A DNA stretch of 64,000 nt from Selaginella moellendorffii (lineage: Eukaryota; Plantae; Lycopodiophyta): assembly GCF_000143415.4 (NCBI RefSeq), contig NW_003314345.1, positions 514,574 to 578,573 of the forward strand, read 5' to 3'. Below are positions 1 to 10,525 of the stretch, in pieces. The position numbers and the translations under genes are program-made. Within the stretch, counting starts at the first letter, position 1. Each line of letters starts with the position of its first letter. The notes under the pieces were generated by a model. It had not been told where the DNA came from and did not search any database. It saw nothing but the letters and a program-made list of their open reading frames with translations.

Positions 1-60
1 TTCCCTCTATATTTGAACCTCATGGATCGTCTTTCAAGTTATTCTCATTGGTTGCTTACA
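1..60 (-). repeat. Part of the 3' LTR of the chimeric element
   Basis: ttccctctatatttgaacctcatggatcgtc...ggttgcttaca is near-identical to 3157-3216 and to the right end of the solo LTR 25448-25642. Confidence 0.9.
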
Positions 61-263
61 ATTCACCACGCTTCCCTACAAGTTCATGCCCTCATGAACG
101 GAAGTTGAGAGCCGTAGCTGTCCTGAGAGCCCTACTCTCTTGACACCCTACCCCTCGGGTCGAGCCCAGTGGGAGCAAACTGGACTAGTCAGATGTCAAT
201 CAACATATGGTGTGATTCCCCTAGCCAACTAACAGAGTTAGACCCGAGACCACTTCGATACCA

Positions 264-2963
264 TCTTCCCTTTTCCCGTTTGGTCCATTAAGGGCTGGGT
301 TACTTTCGAATAGTGTTTGATAAACTTTCGGTAGTAGTTGCATAGCCCCAAGAATGCCCTTAACTTGTGTACATTCGATGATCGCTCCTAATCCTGGATC
401 ACTGGACCTTCTCAAGGTCCACCTTGAGCCCATCTTTGCCCATCACATGCCCGAGAAACTTTACCTTTTGTTGAGCAAAGTCACATTTGCTCTCTTTAGC
501 ATACAACTGGTATTCCCTTAGTTTCTCAAACACCTTCTTCAAGTGTTTGGCATGCTCCTCTAGCGTTTCGCTATAGATCAGGATGTCGTCGATATAGATG
601 ACCATAAAGTGATCTAGATAGGGTACAAAGATGTGGTTCATCAACGCTAAAAATGTTTCCGACGCGTTGCATACCCCGAAGGGCATCACCAGAAACTCAA
701 AGCTCCCAGACCTTGTTCAATAGGTTGTCTTCTCGACATCTTCCTCTGCTACCTTGATTTGGTAGTATCCTGACCTTAGGTCAATTCTCGAGAAGTATTT
801 TGCCTTTCCCAACCTATTGAATGGGTCCTCAATCTTTGGCAAAGGGTACTTGTTCTTCTTTGTATACTTGTTGAGAAACGTGGTAGTCTATGCACATGCG
901 TATAGATCCATCTTTCTTTTTCATAAATAACACCGGTGCCCCATATGGTGACTTGCTCAACCTAACATACCCTTTGTCCACCAACTCCTCTAGTTGGCGC
1001 TTGAGATCCTCGAGTTCTTTCTCGTTCAAACGATAGGGGGGACGAACCACCGCCTAAGTACCCTCGACCAGCTCAATCTTATGTTCTATCGGTCGTGCGG
1101 GGGGCAACCCTGCCGGTAGCTCCTCCGGCATGGTATCCTGGAATTGGTCCAACACCCGCTGGATCACTAAAGGTACTTCTTCCGTTCCTGTCTTTTTATC
1201 ACTCTTCACCGAGAGTAAGCATAAAAATGCTGCCTTAGTTCCTTTAGTGAGTTGTCCTCTCATGGACACTAGGTTTAAGTAGGAATCTTTGGCCTTGCTT
1301 TGCCCTACCTTTAGATCCTAGGCCTCCACCCTAGATCTTCTTCTTTGGGCATTCGCTAGTACCACAAGGTTTCTACCTTGTCCATGTAGGGCTACCACGA
1401 ACCGATTGAACCAATCCATTCCAAAGATCATGTCAAATCCTGCAATGTCCAACATGGTGAAATCCATGTCCACTTTCCATGTCCCTACTTTGACTCTCGC
1501 TTGTCGAAGTACCTCATCGGTGCTTTGGCTACCTTGAACAAACTCTATAGTCTTTGGTTCACCCAGCCGCTGCACCATTAGTCCGGTTTGCCAGACTATG
1601 TCTGCAGCCACAAAATTATCTGAAACACCCGTGTCAATAAGGATCTTAACAAAGCTACCTCCGAGCTTCCCTCGGAGGGCTAGTAGATGTCACGAACAAC
1701 TCTCTACCAAAGTTGCTCGTGTAATGAGTAACTTTGAGTTAGGGACTGAATCACATACCTCAGTTTGGACTTCACCCAACTTGGTGGCTATATTGGCTCT
1801 GGCCTTCTTCGGGTAGGGACATTCCCTTGAAAAGTGTCCTGCTTCACCACAGTTGTAACATACGTTGTTTCCCACGCTGCTCTACGACTTGACCTTCTTA
1901 TCCATGGGTTTGTCTCTTTTCGCTTGACTCCCCCACGTACTCGCTCGTTGGCCACCGGATTTGCCTTTCCAGAACCCCGAGGACTCATTCTTAGAGAAAC
2001 TCCTCTTGAATTTCCCTTTGCTATACGTTCCCCTTGGCTTGGCCCCTTTGCTAAACGTGGACCACGACCCCGACCCCGTCGTGTTCCCCTTTCACAGATT
2101 ATCATTGAAATGCACCTTAATGGCCGCATCCGACACTTCCTTGTAGTTGGGCAGGTTCCACTGCATCACCTCACTGCGAGCCCAGGTTTGCAAGCTTGAT
2201 ATAAAGGCATGGAACACATCCATATCACCCATATCCGTGACCAGTATCCTCTTTACTATAAATCCATTCACATACTCTTGAATGGTTCCGATCTACTTCA
2301 GCCTACTCAGCTCATCCCTTAGGTACATAGTAGCATTCGGAGGAACGTATGTCACGCAGATCCTCGCCTTCCATTTCCCAAGTGGCCACCAGTCCTTCGT
2401 TGGCCTCCGTCGTTCTCCACCAAAACTTGGCATTATCTGCCAAGTATGGTTTTGCACATGGGACCTTCTCCGAGCTTGGTAACCGCAATGTTCGGAAGTA
2501 GTCCTCCATATCATAAAACCAATCCTCCACCACCTTATAGTCGTTCACTCCTTTGAAGACTGATGGGGGCTTTGGTTTGTACTTGGGAACTGCCTGAGGG
2601 ACTAATTCCACTTCAGTCTGTTTGACCTTGTTTGGTTCTGCCTCAGTCCCTACCAAAGGGTCCGCACCTTCTGCGCTATCAGCATCTGTAGTCTTTCGCT
2701 TTTTCTTCCGGTTTTCGTCACACTTTAACTTGCGTACGAAAATCTCCAGCAGAGCATTGGTTTTGTGCCAATTGCCCTTCTAGAACGTCCAATCGAGCCT
2801 TGGACGACCGAACCTCGCCACCAGACTCCTGTTTGGAAGTTTCCTCACTAGAGTCCTCCTCATGCAAGGATTCCTCATACATGGCCTCTTTTTCAACCGG
2901 AGGCTCTAGCTCTGGCGGGGGTTCTGTCTCCGCCTTGGTTCGTTTCTGCCCTGCCTTCGCCAT
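264..2963 (-). pseudogene. Ty3/gypsy (chromovirus-like) gag-protease-reverse transcriptase, frameshifted, truncated in the RT thumb
   Basis: Retrotransposon gag (VEDWFYDMEDYF...AKFWW), CCHC knuckle CYNCGEAGHFSRECP, aspartic protease ILIDTGVSDNF, RT motifs [43 protein letters not shown], then LRAFLGLCNYYRKFIKHYS ending at ~264. Several stops and frameshifts. Confidence 0.93.
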
Positions 2964-3007
2964 CTCCCAGCAATCCCGCTCTATCCTTCGCTAGAACTGA
3001 GGAAAAG

Positions 3008-3019
3008 GCTCCGATACCA
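3008..3019 (-). promoter_or_regulatory. Primer binding site (tRNA-iMet type)
   Basis: TGGTATCGGAGC lies 3 nt downstream of the LTR terminal CA and differs at one base from the canonical plant iMet PBS TGGTATCAGAGC. Confidence 0.9.
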
Positions 3020-3022
3020 AAT

Positions 3023-3216
3023 TGTAAGTTCTTAAGTTTGGACTTCCCGGGATGTCACCTAGCCTAGTACTATTCAAACCCAAGGATGCTTAACCCTAAA
3101 TATCCCAAGACCCTTAACCAATTGGAAAAGGGGGTGCACTCTTATTCATGGGCCCTTTCCCTTTATATTTGAACCTCATGGATCGTCTCTCAAGTCATTC
3201 TCTTTGGTTGCTTACA
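3023..3216 (-). repeat. 5' LTR (194 bp) of Cassandra-type family
   Basis: TGTAAG/CTTACA terminal inverted repeats, same length and sequence family as 24321-24514 and 25448-25642. Confidence 0.92.
3040..3094 (-). promoter_or_regulatory. 5S rRNA-derived Pol III internal control region (Box A-IE-Box C) inside the LTR
   Basis: GTTAAGCATCCTTGGGTTTGAATAGTACTAGGCTAGGTGACATCCCGGGAAGTCC aligns without gaps to the plant 5S segment GTTAAGCGTGCTTGGGCGAGAGTAGTACTAGGATGGGTGACCTCC(C/T)GGGAAGTCC (recalled consensus, about 45-46 of 55 identical by hand). Confidence 0.88.
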
Positions 3217-3375
3217 GCCAGTGGCCTAACGCAAAGATATAAGTACTCCACCAGTTAGCATGGAATGGAACTTATGCTTAGACCCAAGCCAGACAAGAAC
3301 AAGAACAGGCACGCAAACGAGAGCTAGATTATGCCTCAAGTTGGTCAGCTATACCCAACCTACCCACTATCCCTA

Positions 3376-3968
3376 TTATACATTTGGAACCCCCTATAAA
3401 AACCCCCTTACCGTCCCTTCCTTGAGGAACACATGCTTTGGGATTTCACACTAAGTGTCCCTTAGTAACAGTCTCTAAGACAAGCTTGAAAGTTACTAAA
3501 TATGGAATGTCCCTAGATTGCGAATTTCGACACGAGATGAATACCATTGTGTTTAAGACAATCTTTACATTCCATAGATATGTCAAATGAGCAAATTTAG
3601 GCACTTTCCACAAATAACATTTGGGACCAGAATAAGAATAACACAAAAGGCATGATAGCAAGGGTGTTTGGCAGACACAGTAAACTATCATTTAGTGAAT
3701 ATTGAGGGACCAAGCTTAATATTGTGGGGGTTCTTGATACTAACAAGTACAAGCTAATGACACAAGTTTCTCAAACTAGGCTAAGTATGCTCAACAAAAA
3801 ACACATAGGGTTCCTACCTTATGTTTATCCAATTTAAGTGCATAGTCATTGACCAATTTCTCAACTAGCTCAAGTGGGAATTGATAATGGGTCTAGCAAT
3901 ATCAACCTCCTAACGTCGTGGCAGTAATAAAAGAACATTTGAAAGGACCCAAAATCACATTTGCGACA
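3376..3968. repeat. Dispersed ~0.6-kb repeat, copy 1 (unclassified decayed element)
   Basis: Collinear with 27113-27697 (shared tttggaacccc, ttaagacaatctttacattccatagatatg, atcatttagtgaatatt, aatcacatttgc). Confidence 0.75.
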
Positions 3969-3969
3969 T

Positions 3970-5002
3970 TGAGATAGAGATAGAGTTCTCTAAGTTGTAC
4001 AGTTTTTGGAGTTTTGGATTGTCTATGATCCTGTCGGGAGGTATGAAGAGCTCACCAAGGAGCTCCAAAGCTTGGGTGGTTTTGCTCAAAATCTTACATT
4101 ATTTTCGCCATCCAAGGTATGTATAGTTTTCCTAAAGTTTTCTTCTTGGATAAAACTAAAGAACTTTATAACTAGATCAATGTTTTCTTGGGAATCACAA
4201 GCAAGAGACCTAATGGCTACTATGATTTAATATCTCTCTTTCATGTAAGCTTCTGGGTTTTTTTCTAGTTTCTCAAGAAACTTTTCACTCAGGTGATTAG
4301 CCGGGGAGATACTTTAAAGTTTTTAGTCTTTCCTTCTAAAAAGAAAGACTCACAACAAATGTGTTTGGAATCCCACTCGATGACTCAAACTTGGTAAAAC
4401 TATCCATTCATTTGTTTCTGAGGATTTACATAACATTTGTATGATTCTTTTGCAAGGTGATCACAGCTCTAAATCTTTATAAAAAGAAGACTGGGAGTGA
4501 CACATACTTTTGGGTAAGCTCTCAATAACTTTCTTCGATCAAAGCATTTAGTTTTTCTTCTTAAGGTTCATTTGGACAAAAGAGTTTCAAGTGGTGCTAG
4601 CCTTGGAGGTGGCAATATTAATGCTACCACTGTTCTCTGGGCCGCAAACTAGATAAATGGAAACTTTGCTAGTGAAGCGGATCTACAAGAGTCTGCAGAG
4701 ATCGGCTCTGATATTCCTTTTGTTTTCTCGTATGGAGCAGCCTGTTGCATTGGCTGTGGAGAGGTAAACTTAGAAAAAAGATAATTTTTTGCTTGACAAA
4801 ATAAACAACAAGCGCAATTACGGTCAACACATTTGCATGTGACACATGTAACAGTAGTCACCTCCCATTGACTGGGAGCAAACATTAACATAATTATTCA
4901 CTAAGACATGGTTAAAGAAATAACAATTTTACAGTTACCCCCTATCGGACAGCTGCCATTGGCTGGATCCAGCAGCCCAGAAAGTTCAGCACTATTATGA
5001 TA
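3970..5002 (+). pseudogene. ISPE: ISPE/CMK (4-diphosphocytidyl-2-C-methyl-D-erythritol kinase) gene fragment, copy 1
   Basis: Exon remnants IVYDP...LTLFSPSK / INVFLGITSKRPNGYYDLISLFH / VITALNLYKKKTGSDTYFW / VHLDKRVSSGASLGGG...AAN* / EIGSDIPF, with introns retained, an in-frame stop and a frameshift. The C-terminal half is missing. Confidence 0.85.
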
Positions 5003-5943
5003 GATGTTCATTATTTTAATAATATATATACTACTCATTTAAGTTATTTTTAAAACTGATGTTTTGATATTAATAATAGATAAATTGATAACAGTTGACA
5101 TATTTTAGCAAAGATTTATATGACTTAGCAGTTGATCAAATATTCAAAGGAATCCAAGTGTAACAACTTAAATTGACTGAAGTATAACTGCTGATGAGGA
5201 TAATTTAAATACCATGCTAATCATCCTGTCCAGCACAATCATGAGCATAGCACAGCGCCTTCTTCCTTGTGGTGGGCTCTATTTGTCTTATATATAACAT
5301 TGTTCCAGAATTATGTGCCTTAACAATATTTTCTTGACAAAAGATGCTTCACACATATCCACTTAGTAAATTGGAAAAGCAATTGATTTAGGAATTTGTA
5401 AATTTATAATTCTCAGCCTTAGAAAAAATGAGTTTGGTAGAAGGCTTTGCCATCAACCTAATGCACTTTCTGTATTAGATTAATAAAATGGCAAACAAAG
5501 TATAGCATTATTTTGATAAGCTTTAAAACACATAATTAAAGTGATTGAAGTCTAGTTAATGAGAAGTAAACTAAGAGTTTATGAATGACTTTTTGCTTTG
5601 TACATGCTTCCCTGGATTCAGCAGACTATGTTTTTAGCACAGTCTTTGCTGCTACAAGTCTTGGTGACTTGCGAGGTGTGATCGTGCCATAAATTTCTTG
5701 TTTCGTTCATCGGTTCTTTACGAGAAACAATTTCTGAAGCTGTAAGATTGTGAGAAACACCAATTTGAAATACTATATATATGTCATGATTACCGCTCTG
5801 CAAAGGGAAGGAAAAAACCACGCACCTTTTCTTCCTCTTTCTCCACGTACTCGAGAAAAGCCTCAAATCGTTCGTCAGGTTTCTTGAAAAGCCATTTGTA
5901 ATACATCTCTCTGTCCTCAAAATTCTCCCGCACAACATCAGTC

Positions 5944-6330
5944 ATACTTCAGCCGATGTGGATTGCCCAGCCATGGCAAGGAGCAGCAGCAGCGTGATCT
6001 TCCTGAGCATCTCCCAGTAATAGCTTGTCCACGCAATCCCGGAATGCCTTGATGCTACGCTCGTTTCTCGCTGACGCGAACAGCACCGTCCCAGCTCTCC
6101 CCAGCATACTCGTCGACGCCCCAGACGCGAGTGAATCCAAGAAGGTGAATGCCCACATTGTGTACCATGGCCAAGATCCTGCGCACCAAGCTCTCCAAGG
6201 CACAGCCATAGCTGCGCACTTGCCCGATCAAATGCCACACGTCCACCACCTCCATTCTGCCCTAGCATACTCCACCAAGGAGCAAGCAATAGATAAGTTC
6301 GTACAAAACTGTAAAATAGAAGCCGCTTAA
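5944..6330 (+). pseudogene. GC-rich coding-like fragment of unknown family
   Basis: Protein-like ORF tail LRSFLADAN...VNAHIVYHGQ...AAHLPDQMPH...VQNCKIEAA, with stops just upstream. Family not recognised. Confidence 0.35.
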
Positions 6331-6497
6331 ACAAACAAAAGTGTGGTTGAGTTTTCGCTTTTTGTCTCTTGTGTTTATAACTGAGTTAGTGGTCTAAACC
6401 ACCATGCCGTCGGATGACGATCGTGCGGTCCCTGACGATTCTAGGGCGCCACTGCCTCCATATAAGAGGGTTTCAAGATAGGGTTTCAGCTAGCAAA

Positions 6498-8824
6498 ATG
6501 GACGAGAAATTGACTAAGGTGGAAGCTCAAATCGGGCTTCTTGAGCCCCAGATCCAAGCGGCTGGGGAATCTTTTCTCTCTGCCCTTCAGAGTGGCAATC
6601 AATCTCTGGCGGAATATTGGCGGAAGGAGGAAGAGCAGCTGTGGAAGGAGGAAGAGCAGCTGCGGAAGAAGGGAGAGCAGCTGCGGGAGCAAAAACTCCT
6701 CCTCCTCAGAAGTAATGGTAAGTCATTTGGGGCGTGTGTGTTGTGGATATGTGTGCTTCCATGTGGCTATGGCTGCTTTCGGCCATGGTTAAGGATTTTG
6801 CCTGAGGTAGTTTCAATTCGCTTTTATTTTGGGTTGCTGGAAGTGTGGCTAGTTGCTGCTGGCGGGCGCATACTCCCTTGTGGATCCTTGTTTATGGCTA
6901 TGGCTGTTGAGACCCTTGATTCTGGCCATGTTTTCTATTGATAGTTTTTTCTTCCAGATCTAATACTAACTTTGTTATGTTCTGAATGTTACAGTGTCCC
7001 ATGGAATCCGCGGATCTGGTAAGCAATTGTGAAAGCCCTTTGTTTCCTTGCATGTCCCCCCTGTTTTCTCTTTGATCTGTGATGTCGGAAGTCCCAGTTT
7101 TTGTCCAGTTCTTGGTATTCCTGGTGAGGTCTTGCTTCTGATGGCGTCGCTGTTGGATTTGGTCTTGGCTTGTGGTTGTAATTGAATTCATGGCCATCTG
7201 CTTGGTATGTGGCCCCTTGCGTTCTATTAATGCTGTCTGTGTCTTCTTCGGCTTAGAGCTCTTCCCCCTGGGATGACTGTTTTGCCGTCGTTTGAAGTTT
7301 TCCTGCCTCACACTAGAGTTTACTCAGTTCTCCTCACAGAGCGGTATTTGCCTGCTTGTAGCACTTCCTGTCTGATCCGTGCATTCGTATCTTTCTTCAG
7401 GTGTACCAGATGGTGTGGCGGCCCTTGTAAGGGCTACTGATACTCCAGATTCTAAATTCTGGATTTTAGATAGCGATGCACTGCGAAATTATGACAAACC
7501 TTTCCTGCTATGGAAACGAAAGGCGTATGCGAGTCTAGAATCCAAAATCCAGGAGCGGCTCAGCAACTTCACTTCCTTCATCGTCCTAGGCACTGCAGGG
7601 ATAGGGAAATCGTTCTTTGGCTATCACTGGATTATTAGGCTGGGCCAAATGGGGCAAGAAAAGGCGTTATACAAGGTTGGCGAGGTTGTTTACATCCTGA
7701 ATTTGCGAAGCCGATATGTTGAAGGTGGTTATGACGTGAATGGCCAAATTATACGCCAAATGCTGGACGATCCGTCAATGTGGCTAGTGATAGATGGGCA
7801 GCAGGAGACGCCTTTACCTGGCAAGTGTCGAGTTCTTTTGGTTTGCTCATCTAACAAGACAAACTACGATGAGTTTGGCAAGGGGGGACTTTGTTGCATG
7901 CTTTATATGTCGGTGTGGTCCAGGGAGGAGATTGGGAAATTCCTTGACGACTTTGAGCCTTACCGAACTAGTTACAGGAACATGAATGTGGTGGACAGAA
8001 AGGAAGGGCTTGACAACTTCGATTATTTGGGTGGAGTTCCTAGGTATGTACTGCGTGCAACAAAGGTGAACGAGGGGAAGTCCAGCGCCCAGAGTGCGGT
8101 TGAGTCGTTCGGATCAAGTGTATCCAAAGCGGCTAAAATTTTGTCAGGAGGGTACGTGAAAAATGTCAGTGACTGCATTCTGCACATCGTGGCAACTGAG
8201 GACCACAGCGAAATGACATATCAGTTTGCAAGCGAGGCTTTGATGACAGAGCTTGGGAATCAGTATCTGCGTGCTGGAGCTGTGCCTGTGGTGGGATTTC
8301 TGCAAGAAACATTCAGCTGCCCTTGGGTGGGGGCTCTGTGGGGGAAGCTTTATGAGCCTCTTGTGCATAGGCTACTGTTGAAGGGTGGTGATTTTGTTAT
8401 CAAGGCAGTTTATGCTAATGGAAGCTCCGATCCTGAGACTTCCGTTCATATTGGACCTCATATCATGCTGGAGGCAAGTTCTGCGGGTGAGTTTGGAGGA
8501 AAGATGGGGACGGGCAAGTACGTGCAACCAACTTCTGAAGTCTTTCCGAGCATTGATTCTGGTATGGATGAAGACATTCTCATTCAGGTCTTCAAGAGAA
8601 TGGATGGAAAACACAGCTTTGAAGCGAGTGGCTTAGAAATGGTGGATGCTGCGTTGAAGAGACCAAGCTACAGGTTGTGGTCGTGTGTTCCAAAAGAGAC
8701 GTTTCCGCGAACTGGATGGCAGCAATACAAGAATAATAATGATGGAGACTATGGGAGTGGAAATGCAGTATTTGGGAAGATGCGGCAGTTTGTTGTTCAA
8801 GTGGACTACGAGGATGCACGATGA
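6498..8824 (+). CDS. Crinkler/RHS (CR)-type protein: coiled-coil header + P-loop NTPase + PD-(D/E)xK-like nuclease (~547 aa, exons 6498-6717 and 7401-8824)
   Basis: Header KEEEQLWKEEEQLRKKGEQLREQK. A phase-1 GTAAGT...TTCAG intron joins the two ORFs in frame. Walker A GTAGIGKS, Walker B WLVIDG, LYMSVWSREE, F.YLGGVPRYV, FAS, G.LYEPLVH and YVQPTSEVFPSIDS...LIQV are typical of CR NTPase+REase proteins. Confidence 0.8.
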
Positions 8825-9339
8825 AGCTTCTGTTTTTTTTATATATATACTTACAATATAAATTTCTCAGTAAATCAAAGTTTTTAATACAATACTGGAA
8901 ATTGCCCAGCAAAAAGCAGGTGGGGGAAGTACTTTAAATCTGAGCTAAAAAAGACAAATACATTGGCCAAGAGTTTTATGTCACAAGTATTATAGCTTTG
9001 AGATTTGAGCATTTCGTATTATAGCTTCGAGATTTGAGCATCATGGTTTCGTTGCCAGTATTAAAATAAAACTGTTAAGTTCAAAGCATAAGAATACTAA
9101 TCATTGTGTTATGTGATTTTTAGTTTGCATTTTTTTTTCTTTTCCTGTTGGATAACAAAGGAAAAACTTTTGGTGAGATTTTCTTTTCTTCCACAAATGG
9201 AAGCATGATACTTATTCTCAATTGGAGCAAATTATCTCAACCTAGAAGCTGCCTAAACTTTGGGAAAGAAGACACGAACATCACTTTTGACATAATTTAA
9301 ATATTATTTTTCCATATTTTTACATATTGTACAGTGTTA

Positions 9340-10492
9340 TGAGCTTGGCGCTATAGCTTTCTCCACTGCAATGGCGGTCTTTTCTCAATTGCTTCCTTCT
9401 GCAACACCAGGGGCAGAAATGCTGAGGTGATGGAGCTCGAATCCTTTGTGTGGCTTGTGAGGTGTGGCTCTACTGTGAGCTTGAGCTCTAGCATCCTCAG
9501 TGTTGATGGTGAACACTACTGAGTTTTTGGTGTTGTCCTTGCTCTTGCTACCATTGTTGTAGTCTTGGCTGTCCTTAAAGTTTGTGTCCCATGTGCTGTT
9601 CTTGTAGGAGATGGCTGTGTCACTGAGACAAGAGCGTGCTTGTTTCTCGATCACTTCCTCAGACTTGTGCAGGGCAGTGTGAACCACAAGCTTCTTCTCT
9701 TCATCTTTGATTTCCAGGATGTCTTTGAGGAGGAGGAACACCTCATTTGATCTTAGTAGACTGCAATGGTTGCCTGGAACCCTATGCCTCGCAGTCGCAG
9801 TGAACCCAACATCCTATGAAGAAAGCAGAGTTCAGAACTGGGTGATAGAAATAGAGGGCTACCTTGGAAGACTTGGATGGTACTGTGCCATCTCCATCCA
9901 CATACTTGAAATCGGCCTCCAAAGTCCAAAGTTTCTTTGAGTAAGCATGAAGAAAGAACTCCACATTACCTTGAGCTCAACTATGAGGCATTTTTTCACT
10001 CCCGTAGCTGGAAACAATGGAAAAACGTTGCCAATGAAAGTTGGCTATCAAGAACGAAGAACACATACCAGACATGAAATGGAGTTTTGCATGAACTGCC
10101 ATAGATGTTGTAGAATTTAAAATCTTTTGGAAGTTTTGCAATGAACCATAGACAGTAGGACTCATTTGCCCACTCAAGAATGCATCTTATTGAAAGGAAT
10201 GGGTATTGTCTTGTCATCATAGCTCAGCTGCATAGAAAATATTTAGTTTACCAGCATAACCAAAGAAAAGAAAAGAGAATTGATATACCATTAACCATGT
10301 TCTCTTTAAGTGCAACTTCCATCTCAAAAACACACTCAATAGGTCCATATGAGTGTATCTATTTTCTTCTCCTTTGTCTTGTTTCTTCCTCATCGTGCCT
10401 ATCATGGCTCCTAGATAAAAATCAAGCTGGAAATTGGAGAGAGAATCCATGGCAAGTCCATCACTCCATTTTGCCGATTCAGCAAGCAATTT
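9340..10492 (-). pseudogene. LCAT3/LCAT4-like phospholipase A, 3' gene fragment
   Basis: ILEWANES...AKLPKDFKFYNIYGSSCKTPFHV, YGSEKMP, YVDGDGTVP and VFLLLKDILEI match the C-terminal half of plant LCAT3/4. Introns retained, frames broken. Confidence 0.8.
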
Positions 10493-10525
10493 GATAGGCA
10501 GTTTTGCTTCATTTCGAGGGCCTAA

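Larger units (their letters stand above)
1..3216 (-). mobile_element. Chimeric LTR retroelement: 5S-bearing (Cassandra-type) LTRs enclosing PBS, Ty3/gypsy gag-PR-RT (truncated), a second PBS, TRIM internal domain and PPT; 3' LTR runs off the window start
   Basis: Minus strand: LTR 3216-3023 (TGTAAG...CTTACA), PBS TGGTATCGGAGC 3019-3008, gag/PR/RT remnants 2963-264, PBS-like TGGTATCGAAGT 263-252, ~190-nt internal segment matching the TRIM internal domain at 24049-24320, PPT AGGGAAGCGTGGTGAAT 77-61, second LTR from 60 to <1 (1-60 matches 3157-3216). No RNase H or integrase. Confidence 0.88.

Noticed and set aside
3008-3019. tRNA-like sequence
   Set aside because: Only a 12-nt complement of a tRNA 3' end (PBS), with no cloverleaf.
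8987-9041. 26-nt direct duplication downstream of the first CR gene
   Set aside because: A simple local slippage duplication with no sign of element termini.
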